This document shows positions 8,047 through 18,067 of a stretch of 64,000 bases of DNA, one piece after another (within the stretch, counting starts at the first letter, position 1; each line of letters begins with the position of its first letter). This DNA comes from Candidatus Micrarchaeota archaeon (GTDB lineage: Archaea > Micrarchaeota > Micrarchaeia > Micrarchaeales > CABMGC01), in NCBI GenBank assembly GCA_021850625.1, contig JAJZLJ010000030.1, positions 22,356 through 86,355 on the forward strand, in the 5' to 3' direction. The notes below the pieces were generated by a model. It saw only the letters and a list, made by a program, of their open reading frames with translations. It had not been told where the DNA came from and ran no database searches. The translations under genes and the position numbers were made by a program.

Positions 8047-9255
8047 ATGAAAATAGGAATAGTTAGTGATTTACATTTAGGATATGAACGTTTTTTTGAT
8101 GATGCTTACACTCAAGCACGAGACGCTCTTGAAAAAGCTTCAGAACTTGCAGACGTGCTCATAATTCCAGGAGATATTTTTGATTATAGAAGGCCCGAAC
8201 CAGAAGTAATGGCACAGGCAGTAGAACTTTTTAGAGATATTTCTAGAAAACAGTTTGAAGCAAAAGTTATAGAATACACTGGAAAAAATCTTTATACAAA
8301 TAAACCAATAATAGCAATTCCAGGCACCCATGAACGCAGATCCGAAGGAGCTGTAGATTCAGTAGATGTACTTCATCTTGCGGGATTGCTTGTGTCGGTA
8401 AATAAATCAAAAGTAGTTGTAGAAAAATCTGGAGAACGAATAGCTGTTTTTGGCATAGGAGGCGTTGCAGATGAACGTTTTAGAGAGACAATAAAAGATG
8501 CAGGATTTATTCCAGATGCAAACGCGTTTAACATCTTTATGATTCATCAGACATTATATGAACTCCTGCCATTTAGCAAAGAATTCACACATATAGAAGA
8601 GTTGCCAGAAGGTTTTGATTTATATGTAGATGGACATATACACAGCAGAGTTGAGATGAAATGTCACGGTAAGGATTTCTTAATACCCGGAAGCACCGTT
8701 TTAACACAACTTAAGGGATTAGAACAAGAAGAGAAGGGATTTTTTATATACGATACAAAAACATATACATATACATTCCATAAGATAACATCCCGCCCTT
8801 TTTCATTAATAAAAATAGATATAGAGGATAAAGATCCTAAAACTATTACAGATAGTATACAAAAGGCAATAGAGAGTACAATTATAAACAATACAACTAA
8901 ACAAAAGCCTATAATAAAAATAGAGATGACAGGAAAAATAAAAAAGGGATTTAAACCAATTGATATAAATCTGGGAGCAATATCGATAGAAAGAAATGAC
9001 GCAATAATTGAGATAACTAAAAATAATGTTGAAGAAGTAAAAGCAAGCGAAGAAGCAGAAGAGATTAGAGCAAGGAGAATGGAGAATATGTCTATAAAAG
9101 ATTATGGTATCTCAATCTTTTTAGAAAAACTTTCAAATAATAAATATTCTTTAAGTTTAAGTCCTTCAAAACTTTTTGATATTCTTAGTTCTGATGAAAG
9201 GAAGGAAACAGCAGTAAACAATGCGATGAAAGAGCTTTTTATGGATAACAATTAG
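8047..9255 (+). CDS. mre11: DNA double-strand break repair nuclease Mre11
   Basis: SDLHLG, GDIFD, GTHE, HQ, GHIH, PGS metallophosphoesterase motifs. Confidence 0.88.
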   Translation: MKIGIVSDLHLGYERFFDDAYTQARDALEKASELADVLIIPGDIFDYRRPEPEVMAQAVELFRDISRKQFEAKVIEYTGKNLYTNKPIIAIPGTHERRSEGAVDSVDVLHLAGLLVSVNKSKVVVEKSGERIAVFGIGGVADERFRETIKDAGFIPDANAFNIFMIHQTLYELLPFSKEFTHIEELPEGFDLYVDGHIHSRVEMKCHGKDFLIPGSTVLTQLKGLEQEEKGFFIYDTKTYTYTFHKITSRPFSLIKIDIEDKDPKTITDSIQKAIESTIINNTTKQKPIIKIEMTGKIKKGFKPIDINLGAISIERNDAIIEITKNNVEEVKASEEAEEIRARRMENMSIKDYGISIFLEKLSNNKYSLSLSPSKLFDILSSDERKETAVNNAMKELFMDNN

Positions 9256-12056
9256 TTAATACTTCCAAGACTAAATTGAGGCATTACTCCATTTGGTGGA
9301 GAACTTCTACTACGAACCCAGTAAAATGTCGATGGTTCAACTTCATATCCTGAGATAAAATAATATGGATAGCTGGCAGAATAAGTATTTAGTATAGAAT
9401 ATTGATTACTGTAATTAAACATACTTATTATATTTCCAGGTATTCGCATAACAGAGTATATTCCATTTGTAGGTATAGGGCTTCCAGAACCAGTAGGATA
9501 ATTCGTTTCTATATTACCTGAACTTCCATATAAATACATATATGGATTATTTATTCCAAAAAGACCATAGATCATAGAGAATTGATTACCCAATCCTAAT
9601 GATGCATATGCATTTTCTATTATCTTGCCATATTTACCGTATATATCAAGTGTTGTACCAGCAGTCCAAATTGGGGCATATGACGTAAGAGTTGTTGCAG
9701 CAAAGGTTGGATCGTATAAAGAATTCATAGTTAAACCGTTATTTATTTGAAACGCTCCGGGTTGAGCATTGTTATTTTCAGACCATTTACTTAGATTAAG
9801 AATTTTAAAATTATCATAAAATGGAAATATATTATAACCATTATCATATTGTCCGTATGTATTTTGAAAACAACTGCTTTGACACCAAAGTTCTGGTGCA
9901 TATCCGCTTATACCCAAATCTATAGGAGAATTATCAGATAAAAAGTTCATATATATAGTAATTGTGTTTGAATTGCTACCTGAAGCTCCAATAACATTTC
10001 CACCCAAATTCACCCATATAACAGTATTACTTGCAGAAGAAGATGCACCACTTTCTATCCATGAATATAATGGTGTACCGCCGTATGTTCCTGCAGGTGA
10101 ACCAGAAGTAAATTCTATGTTGCTAAGATTTTTATAAAGATAATTAGAGTAGGTAGATGGATTAAAATATATCATCTGCTGAAAATCTGTTGTCGTACCA
10201 ATGTTTTGTTGATTTGATAAAGTTATTGGTATGTAAGTTACTGGTTCAGAAGGAAGCACTAATATTGAAACATTATTACTAGATGCTTGCTCCCCAAAAG
10301 AATCAGTAGCATTTAGCATAAAAGTATATTTTCCTATTAAAGTAGAGGAGGTTGTTGAAAAAGTATAAGAAGAATACGTTGCACCTGAAATTGGAGTAAA
10401 TTTTGATTGCCCCGGAGATTTTATATACCATTGATAAGTGTATGGAGCATTTCCTCCGCTTATCAAAGAAGTTATATCGTTACTTGCACCTTGATATATT
10501 TCAGAAGTTAGTGTGTTAGCCAAAATAGAAATCTGACCTGGCATTGCATTATTAGGAGGTTGTGCTCTAGTACGTATCCAGTAAACAATAGTTCTCGATG
10601 TTTGTGTTCCCTGTTGAATCACTATACCAGTTCCAGGGTCTGTACCATTATGTGCTATAGAGTATATTTCGGCAGGTTGTTGAACTAAAGAATATGAATA
10701 AGGATAATTAGTTAATTGACAACCTCCATTACTCGAATACTGGTAATTATAATTAAGAAAAGAATAAGGTTTTGAGTTATAACCACAAAGGGTTAAATAC
10801 AAATTACCATTACCGCCTTCAAGTTGTGTATGAATAGCTATACCTTGACCACTACCAAAATTTATTGTTGCGTAAGCACCAGAGATTGGTTTGCCCCACT
10901 GTGCATAAAAATCTGCTATTTCATTATTTAAAAATACACCTTGACTCGTATTAATTGCTATAAAATTATAATATGAAGTTCCAGCAGGATATAGATATAG
11001 ACCATTATTTACTTCATAGGTATTTTGTAATATTCCTTCATTGTTGAATTTCCATAAATTTGTAGTTAGTTCATTTCCAGCAAAGTTTTCATAAAAATTG
11101 AAAACCATATTTCCATTATCGTATGCAGCGTATGGTGTTGATAATTCAGGAGCTTCGCCAGTAGGACCGGAACTTGACATTATGTTTGTTGTGAGAAAAT
11201 TAATATATATTGTAACTGTAGATAATGCAGGAATGCCATTTGGCAATTTTATCCACACTATTGTATTTGTTGCCGTGTTGCTCACACCGCTTTCTGCCCA
11301 TGCTTCTAAAATAGTACCAGGATTTCCAGCAGCAACATTACCAGTAGTAAATTCCACGTTGTTCCAATTTGTATTTATATATTGTGAATATTTTGCGCTG
11401 TCGATTACAAGCATCTGTTGAAATGGAGCCTGTGTTGCAATAGATTGGGAATTAACTAAAGATATAGGAACCGAGTATAATGTTGATTGTTGTAGATCCA
11501 CAGTACCTGAAGAATTAGATGTAGTTACTTTTACACTTATCTTTCCTAACTTACTTATTTGGTTACTAACTGAACCAGTATTGTATCTTATCCAAAGAGT
11601 TCCAGTAAATTTAGCTCCAATTGAATTTGATATTAATGGACATACGAACTGTAATGTTGTTTTTTCTCCAGCATATATCTTAAGATAAGTATTATTAAAA
11701 TTTGTTTGAGATAAGGTATTATTTTTAATACATGCGACTCCAGTTACTATTAGAGATTGTACTTGTGTAATATCGCCAAAGTTTATTGTAAGATTGCCAG
11801 CGGTGTTAAGAATAGGATTACTACATAGATAACCTGCTTGAGCAATACAGCTATCAGTATTTGAAATTCCACCAGTATTTAAAAAACCTAATCCAAAAAG
11901 TGTAACTAGTGCAACTGCAATAAGAAGTATGGTCCAACCGTAGGTCATAAGATACTCAATTGCTGATTGTCCGTTAAAATTATGTGAATTATTATTTGTT
12001 ATATTAATTAATGATTTAAGATTGTTTGCTTCAAATGGTGTTTTTTGATTGGTCAT
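9252..12056 (-). CDS. class III signal peptide surface protein: pilin-like head, two DUF2341-like modules and an Ig/PKD-like spacer
   Basis: G/QSAIEYLMTYGWTILLIAV; two modules VPI..N.Q...FQQM...W.ESG...YDNG..F.F..NF...YW.R.R..PPN..MP; spacer GGNAPYTYQWY. Confidence 0.85.
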   Translation of the reverse strand: MTNQKTPFEANNLKSLINITNNNSHNFNGQSAIEYLMTYGWTILLIAVALVTLFGLGFLNTGGISNTDSCIAQAGYLCSNPILNTAGNLTINFGDITQVQSLIVTGVACIKNNTLSQTNFNNTYLKIYAGEKTTLQFVCPLISNSIGAKFTGTLWIRYNTGSVSNQISKLGKISVKVTTSNSSGTVDLQQSTLYSVPISLVNSQSIATQAPFQQMLVIDSAKYSQYINTNWNNVEFTTGNVAAGNPGTILEAWAESGVSNTATNTIVWIKLPNGIPALSTVTIYINFLTTNIMSSSGPTGEAPELSTPYAAYDNGNMVFNFYENFAGNELTTNLWKFNNEGILQNTYEVNNGLYLYPAGTSYYNFIAINTSQGVFLNNEIADFYAQWGKPISGAYATINFGSGQGIAIHTQLEGGNGNLYLTLCGYNSKPYSFLNYNYQYSSNGGCQLTNYPYSYSLVQQPAEIYSIAHNGTDPGTGIVIQQGTQTSRTIVYWIRTRAQPPNNAMPGQISILANTLTSEIYQGASNDITSLISGGNAPYTYQWYIKSPGQSKFTPISGATYSSYTFSTTSSTLIGKYTFMLNATDSFGEQASSNNVSILVLPSEPVTYIPITLSNQQNIGTTTDFQQMIYFNPSTYSNYLYKNLSNIEFTSGSPAGTYGGTPLYSWIESGASSSASNTVIWVNLGGNVIGASGSNSNTITIYMNFLSDNSPIDLGISGYAPELWCQSSCFQNTYGQYDNGYNIFPFYDNFKILNLSKWSENNNAQPGAFQINNGLTMNSLYDPTFAATTLTSYAPIWTAGTTLDIYGKYGKIIENAYASLGLGNQFSMIYGLFGINNPYMYLYGSSGNIETNYPTGSGSPIPTNGIYSVMRIPGNIISMFNYSNQYSILNTYSASYPYYFISGYEVEPSTFYWVRSRSSPPNGVMPQFSLGSIN

Positions 12057-12382
12057 CTTAAAACACCAAATATATTTCTGCGTTCAACAATCCTAACTAT
12101 ATTTTCTTGTTGAAGAGTAGATATAAAATCTCTAGAGGCTTGAATTTCCGAACGTTCTTTAGTAGCTATATTGAGTATGTTTATTGATAGATTCAAATCT
12201 CTGTCTTTCGACATTCTGCGTTTTTGATAATAGAATTGTTCTTTTGAAAAAAACATCTGTTGATTAAGTATTTCTTTCTGTTCTTTTAAAGAGCATGTAC
12301 AAAGTTTATATGCGGCTTTCATTACTACCAAATTTATTATATCATTAATAGGTATATACTTTACGATTGATTTATATCCCAC
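12053..12382 (-). pseudogene. tnpB: decayed IS200/IS605 tnpB 3' fragment
   Basis: LCTCS...DRDLNLSINILNIAT matches the TnpB zinc-ribbon/RuvC-III end DRDxNAxxNI; most of the gene and the second Cys pair are lost. Confidence 0.7.
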
Positions 12383-12438
12383 TCCTAAAAAGTGTATTTT
12401 TACACTAATTCACATAAAATATTCGCAGAAAAGTTAAA

Positions 12439-13836
12439 TTATATATAATTATTTCCTTTTTTGAATTCGTAATAATCGTACAGTGCAGATAATGAAGATA
12501 TCGCAGACGAAGGTGAATCATAAACAGGAATACCTCCACTTTCCATCATTATTTTATGCATTGTAGTGTATTGTGAGCCCATACTTATTACAATCATTGG
12601 CTTTTCTGATTCCTGTTTTATTTTTATGAGTTCTGCAGCTAATCTTGAATCTGCACCAGGAGTTTGAAATAAGGCTATTACTACTAGCATGTCTATGTTT
12701 TTATCATCCTTGAGAGTAAGAATTGCGTCGCTATATCGTTTGCTATCAGCATCTCCAGCTAGATCAAGAGGGTTTCGTATATTTACAAGTATTGGCATTA
12801 ACTTTCTGAGTTTTTTAGCTACCTCATCACTAAATGTTCCTAATTTCATATGTTGTGATGAACCAATAGCGTCAGCAGTAAGAACACCAGTGCCGCCACC
12901 ATCAGTAATTACTGAGATATTAGGTCCTTTAGGCATAGGCTCAGATGCAAAGATTTTAGCATAATAAAGAAGTTCGCTTAGATCATTAGCAATTGTAAAA
13001 CCAAACTGTCTAAATACCGCTTCGTGTGCTTCATAGCTCCCTGCAAGAGATGCAGTATGTGACTTTGCAGCAGATGCACCAGCCTGTGTTCTGCCTGCCT
13101 TTAAAACAACAACTGGTTTTATTTTTGTAATCGTTTTTGCAAGTTCTATAAACTCCTTTCCTCGCTTAATACCCTCAAGGTACATCACTACAACTTTTGT
13201 CTCATCATCGTGCATTAAGTAATTTAATATATCTATTTCATCTACCTGTGCAGCATTACCATAAGATATGAATTTTGAAAGACCAAACCCTTCTCCAGAT
13301 ATTAAGTCTAAAATAGTACTACCTACAGCGCCGCTTTGAGCTACAAAACTTACACCACCTATTGATGAACGACTTATCTTGTATGTTGGAAGAAATAAAG
13401 TATCTATACGTGAACGTGGATCCATAACGCCAAGACAGTTAGGTCCAAGCAATGGAATATTATATTTATTTGCTATATCAACCATTTTTTGTTGGAGCGC
13501 AACCTCGCCAACTTCTGCAAATCCGCCACTTACCACAACTATGCTTTTGGCCTTTGCTTTTCCACATTCTTCAACTACATCCGGTACAAAAGGGGCAGGA
13601 ATTGCTATTACTACTAAATCTATCGATTGTTTTATTTCGGTTATAGATTTGTATACTTTTATGCCATTTATCTCTTCTGCATTTTTATTAACAAGATATA
13701 ATTTACCAGAATATCCAGCGTTAACATAATTTTGAAAGATTATATTTCCAACTTTATTTGGATCCCTAGAAACCCCTATTATGGCTACACTCTTTGGTTT
13801 GAGCATTGGTTCCAAATCTCTAAATTTATTTTTCAT
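12439..13836 (-). CDS. acdA: ADP-forming acetyl-CoA synthetase alpha subunit
   Basis: PKSVAIIGVS, LGPNCLG, AQSGAVG, SHTASLAG (phospho-His), NPLDLAGDA. Confidence 0.93.
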   Translation of the reverse strand: MKNKFRDLEPMLKPKSVAIIGVSRDPNKVGNIIFQNYVNAGYSGKLYLVNKNAEEINGIKVYKSITEIKQSIDLVVIAIPAPFVPDVVEECGKAKAKSIVVVSGGFAEVGEVALQQKMVDIANKYNIPLLGPNCLGVMDPRSRIDTLFLPTYKISRSSIGGVSFVAQSGAVGSTILDLISGEGFGLSKFISYGNAAQVDEIDILNYLMHDDETKVVVMYLEGIKRGKEFIELAKTITKIKPVVVLKAGRTQAGASAAKSHTASLAGSYEAHEAVFRQFGFTIANDLSELLYYAKIFASEPMPKGPNISVITDGGGTGVLTADAIGSSQHMKLGTFSDEVAKKLRKLMPILVNIRNPLDLAGDADSKRYSDAILTLKDDKNIDMLVVIALFQTPGADSRLAAELIKIKQESEKPMIVISMGSQYTTMHKIMMESGGIPVYDSPSSAISSLSALYDYYEFKKGNNYI

Positions 13837-13845
13837 TTGAATCAA

Positions 13846-14460
13846 CTAAAGTAACATACGTATATCTACAATTTCATAGTCATTTTCACTGATTATTGCA
13901 GGATTAAGATCTAGTTCTTTTATCTCAGGATGATCAATAAGTAATTTTGAAATTTTTAATAAAAGATTCTCCAGCAACTTTGTAGTTTTGCCATTATAAG
14001 TTATAACATTAATTGATTTTAGCTGCTTTAACATTTCTGAAGCATCGTATGCGTTTATAGGACAAACTCTAAGTGAAAAATCCTTGAACGTTTCTACATA
14101 AATGCCTCCAAGACCGATTAATATTAGCCTACCAAACTGATCATCATATCTGCCACCGAGAATTATTTCTATGCCTTTTTTAGACATTTTTTGAGCTATT
14201 ATTTTATATGGTTTAATCTTTTTTGCTCTTTTGACAAGTTCTGAATATGCTTTCGATACCTCACCAGAACTTATATCAAGCATTACTAAACCTGCCTTAG
14301 ATTTATGTAGTGCTTTTTCAGATATTGCTTTTAATACTATTTTGTCATTTCCGCAAAATGTTTGTGCATCTTTGGCATCGTTTACATATTTACTCTCGAT
14401 ATTCTTTATACCGTAATCATCAAGAATTTTTTTAGCTTTAAAGTATTCCAATTGTTGCAT
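13846..14460 (-). CDS. acdB: ADP-forming acetyl-CoA synthetase beta subunit (ATP-grasp)
   Basis: HKSKAGLV, FGRLILIGLGGIYVE, ELDLNP, VDIR. Confidence 0.92.
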   Translation of the reverse strand: MQQLEYFKAKKILDDYGIKNIESKYVNDAKDAQTFCGNDKIVLKAISEKALHKSKAGLVMLDISSGEVSKAYSELVKRAKKIKPYKIIAQKMSKKGIEIILGGRYDDQFGRLILIGLGGIYVETFKDFSLRVCPINAYDASEMLKQLKSINVITYNGKTTKLLENLLLKISKLLIDHPEIKELDLNPAIISENDYEIVDIRMLL

Positions 14461-14464
14461 TATA

Positions 14465-15241
14465 TCACTTTGATAATACAAAAATATCTAGAAGATAAAT
14501 TAAAGCCAAAAGTATTAGGAGCACTAGTATTATTATCCATCTTTTACTTTCATTTTTTAGAGCAGGTTTCTCAACGTTATAATTTTTGTTATTTTTTTCA
14601 AGATTTAGATCATTAAATACATTATTTTGTGTTGAAGTTGAGAGTTCGGATGAGTTTGAAGATGAAGGTATGGTTGAATTTGTCATTTGCTGTTGGGTAG
14701 TTGTATTCTGTTGTATTGAATTTGGAGATTGTGTTGCTCCGGTAAGATTTCTTGGTTGGGCAGTAGAAGTTGAGTATATTTGTTGTTGATCGTTTTTTGC
14801 TTTGAGAAATCCTTTCTCTGTGAGTAGGAGTTCCACATTGCCATTTTTAATATCGTATGTAACAAAACCTTGCTTACTTTCCTTGTAAATTCTTAATGCA
14901 AGATCTTTTGGTCTTAGATTTAAGGTTGTTTGAAGTTCTGAAGGAAATCGTTTTCCACCAGAGAGATGTTGCAAGATAGTTTCATCTAGTTTGTCAAAAG
15001 AATCTGCAGAATGTTCATTTGCCTCTCTTATTAGGGCGTTTCCTTGTTCTGTTACATTCATACTATTTGGTCCAGGATAGTTTGCTGAAAATTCTATTAA
15101 GGACTTCTGTTTTAATGTTCCTGCTATATTTGAGGCATCAAATATACTAGAATTTATCAATCCGCCTAGTTTTTCAAGAGGGGTGTTAGGAGTTATTCGT
15201 GTAATAACAGCTAGATCTAAAAAGTTTATTTCGTCTACCAT
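14465..15241 (-). CDS. hypothetical protein: tandem winged-helix-like repeats, S/T/Q linker, C-terminal TM anchor
   Basis: Two units ending VTEQG and LTEKG; low-complexity linker; terminal WIIILVLLILLALIYLL. Confidence 0.75.
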   Translation of the reverse strand: MVDEINFLDLAVITRITPNTPLEKLGGLINSSIFDASNIAGTLKQKSLIEFSANYPGPNSMNVTEQGNALIREANEHSADSFDKLDETILQHLSGGKRFPSELQTTLNLRPKDLALRIYKESKQGFVTYDIKNGNVELLLTEKGFLKAKNDQQQIYSTSTAQPRNLTGATQSPNSIQQNTTTQQQMTNSTIPSSSNSSELSTSTQNNVFNDLNLEKNNKNYNVEKPALKNESKRWIIILVLLILLALIYLLDIFVLSK

Positions 15242-15315
15242 GTAACCATTATTAAATACCTGCAAACAAATAAAAAGATTATTACATATTAACTACTTAA
15301 TAATTTTGTGATTAT

Positions 15316-16566
15316 TTGGAAATTAGCTTTTTGGGAGGGGCTGGAGAGGTAGGTCGTTCGGGCATTTTACTCAAAGGAAAGAAAAAAATATTGATGGATT
15401 ACGGAGTAAAGATAAATGAAAAAACCGAATACCCATTGCCTGCTGGAGAGATTGATGCGTTTATACTTAGTCATGCACATCTTGATCATTGTGGAAACGC
15501 ACCTGCATTATACCACGATGGATACCCACCAACCTTTGGAACAGCTCCGACGTTGGAGTTATCTGAGCTTCTAATAGCTGATTCAATAAAAATAAATATG
15601 AAAAACCATACTAAGATGACGTATAATAAAAAGGATGCACAACGATTTTCTAATAAATATTTAAAGTATGAATATAATTCAAAAATAGAATTTGGAGATT
15701 ATGACATAATGTTTAGTGATGCCGGACATATTTGTGGCAGTGCAATAACAAAAATTGTAGATAGAAAAACAGAAAGAAGTTTAGTTTATACTGGAGATTT
15801 GAAGGTTTCCCCACAAATGTTACATAAAGGATCAGATATTGTTTCTGGCAATACGTTAATAATAGAATCGACATATGGTTCTAGAGATCATCCTGACAGA
15901 GCAGGACTTGAAAAACTTTTTATAGACAATATTAAAGAGATAATAGATAATAAAGGCATTGCGCTACTTCCTGTTTTTGCCGTTGGACGTTCACAAGAAA
16001 TGCTTGCTTTGTTAGAAAAGAACGGTCTTTCTGATGTTACATATGTAGATGGAATGTCTAGAAAAGCTACAGGAATAGTGATGGATTATCCAGAGTATAT
16101 ACAAAACTATGATGTTTTATCTAGAGCCGTAAGCAAGGTAACACAGATAATAAAACCTTATGAAAGAAAAGAGGCACTTACTGGAGGAAATATTATAGTT
16201 ACAACTGCTGGAATGCTTAACGGCGGCCCGGTTCTTGATTACATAACCAGACTTAATAATAAATCCATGATATTTCTTACTGGCTATCAAGCTGAAACTA
16301 CTAATGGGAGGCGCCTTATGCAATATGAACCTTTAAATATAGATGAACGAAAAGTTCATATTAAAAATCCTTTTGCATTTTATGATTTCTCAGCACATGC
16401 CGGCCAGGCGGATCTTTATAAATACATAAAAGAATCCTCTCCAGAAGAGGTTATATGCGTTCATGGAGATGCTGATAGTTCAGTCGCATTGAAGGAATGG
16501 CTAGAGCTTGAAGGATTTAAGGCATACGCACCAAAGACAGGAGAAAGGATAAAGATTAATATGTAA
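15316..16566 (+). CDS. MBL-fold beta-CASP ribonuclease (aCPSF2-like, no KH domains)
   Basis: GGAGEVGRS, HAHLDH, AGHICGS, TGD, ESTYG, FSAHA, VHGD. Confidence 0.92.
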   Translation: MEISFLGGAGEVGRSGILLKGKKKILMDYGVKINEKTEYPLPAGEIDAFILSHAHLDHCGNAPALYHDGYPPTFGTAPTLELSELLIADSIKINMKNHTKMTYNKKDAQRFSNKYLKYEYNSKIEFGDYDIMFSDAGHICGSAITKIVDRKTERSLVYTGDLKVSPQMLHKGSDIVSGNTLIIESTYGSRDHPDRAGLEKLFIDNIKEIIDNKGIALLPVFAVGRSQEMLALLEKNGLSDVTYVDGMSRKATGIVMDYPEYIQNYDVLSRAVSKVTQIIKPYERKEALTGGNIIVTTAGMLNGGPVLDYITRLNNKSMIFLTGYQAETTNGRRLMQYEPLNIDERKVHIKNPFAFYDFSAHAGQADLYKYIKESSPEEVICVHGDADSSVALKEWLELEGFKAYAPKTGERIKINM

Positions 16567-16787
16567 ATATCCTTGATTTTTAATTGAAGCGTTATACAAT
16601 ACAAATAATACAAATAAAAACAGGTTAAATATTCTATATTCTCATGTAAGATAAATGTATCTGCTAAATGTTAAGTCGAATCCTAAAGAATGTAACTTTT
16701 GCTTTAGCTCTGAGCTTGGATAAAAATAAGTATTTGTTTAATTTGTATAAAAAATAAATTAAATAAAAAAAAGAAAAAGTTAGATAA

Positions 16788-17141
16788 TTACAATTCTTCC
16801 TCTTCTTCGTCTTCAGATTGTTCTTCTTGAGGTTGTGTTTCTCCAGATCCTTTTTCGAGCACCTCTATCTTTCCATATTTTCCTGTGGAAAGTTGCGGTG
16901 TACCTCTAAATTCGCCAACATATCCGTTGGTTATCTTTATCTTATCTCCAACATTTATGCTGTTTATATCATTCCCCCAAAGAGAAATAGCTATGCTTCC
17001 TGTGTCGTCCTTTAATACTGCATTTGCAACACTCAATCTTTTGCCATATTTGGAAACTACTTCCCTAGGTTCGCTTTTTTCTGCGACTACTGCTTCCAAT
17101 TGAACGTTTGACGCTCCTGCTTTCAATTCATTTATGTTCAT
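16788..17141 (-). CDS. ssb: single-OB-fold ssDNA-binding protein with acidic tail
   Basis: LKDDTGSIAISLW, INVGDKIKITNGY, acidic C-terminus EEQSEDEEEEEL; GGTG-N5-ATG. Confidence 0.88.
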   Translation of the reverse strand: MNINELKAGASNVQLEAVVAEKSEPREVVSKYGKRLSVANAVLKDDTGSIAISLWGNDINSINVGDKIKITNGYVGEFRGTPQLSTGKYGKIEVLEKGSGETQPQEEQSEDEEEEEL

Positions 17142-17210
17142 TAATTCACCAATAAAGAATATAGAAAATAGATTTCTATTATTTTATTAAGTTTGGCATA
17201 AAAAAATATA

Positions 17211-17549
17211 TTAACCTTTGTTTTCATAGCCAATAAGTGAATATGCTTTCTTTGAAATAGATTTCATTGTTCCGGATATAATAATAGTATAAAAGCCAAC
17301 GGTTCCATCATTAGGCTTTGAAAATGCTGAAGCGAGAACAAGTTGTCGTTCGAAGCCTCTGTTTACGCGTACTGCAAAAAAATTATCGCCATAGGTTTTG
17401 ATTATTTTTGGGTTAGTATTAGAATAATTACCAGAACCTAAAAAGGAGTGTATTGAAGAATAGAATTCATCAAGAAGCTCATCGTTTAATGCGGTGGTGC
17501 ACTCCAAAAGTATATATCGATTCTTTCTTTTAGTTATCACTTTTTTCAC
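17211..17549 (-). CDS. rnp2: RNase P protein Pop5/Rpp14
   Basis: KRKNRYILL, VRVNR, ISGTMKS; adjacent to the Rpp30-like gene. Confidence 0.75.
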   Translation of the reverse strand: MKKVITKRKNRYILLECTTALNDELLDEFYSSIHSFLGSGNYSNTNPKIIKTYGDNFFAVRVNRGFERQLVLASAFSKPNDGTVGFYTIIISGTMKSISKKAYSLIGYENKG

Positions 17550-18060
17550 TTTTAAGTAATATATCGGATAAAGATAAAACCATCTTCTTGGCTATTTTTT
17601 CATCATCGTATATAAACAATGCCAGTTCATTGAGTTGCGAAGATGAAAGAAGATGAGCGTTATCTTTTGCAAAACTTGCAATTACAACAATAGTTTTATG
17701 TATAATCGCATTTTTAAGGAGATTTCTTGTTTTATGAAGAATTCTTGGAAGTTCTGATTTTTTAGCACTGATTAAAATTGTTCCGTTGATAAAAAGTGGT
17801 TTTTCTGCTTCATGTAATTGTTCTAAACTTTTTTTAATAACGGAATTTTCTTTGAAAGATATACCAGCGCACATTTTGTCGCGTAGTGCTTTTCTTATTA
17901 AATTATCATCTTCTGAAAGCAGTATATATCTAATTTTGGAGTTAAATAATGGTTTTTCCACAACTACTATTTCTGTCTTGGAAAGTATTTTTTTGTAACC
18001 TAAACGTAAAGAAAGCTCCCGAGTTATATTATCAATACATGCTATATCATATCCTTTCAT
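17530..18060 (-). CDS. rnp3: RNase P protein Rpp30-like (divergent)
   Basis: LRLGY, IVVIASFAKDNAHLLS resemble Rpp30; synteny with Pop5. Confidence 0.6.
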   Translation of the reverse strand: MKGYDIACIDNITRELSLRLGYKKILSKTEIVVVEKPLFNSKIRYILLSEDDNLIRKALRDKMCAGISFKENSVIKKSLEQLHEAEKPLFINGTILISAKKSELPRILHKTRNLLKNAIIHKTIVVIASFAKDNAHLLSSSQLNELALFIYDDEKIAKKMVLSLSDILLKSEKSDN

Positions 18061-18067
18061 TGAAACA

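Noticed and set aside
16640..16725. Possible C/D-box sRNA or other ncRNA between the beta-CASP gene and ssb
   Set aside because: CTGA is present, but there is no convincing C box or terminal stem.
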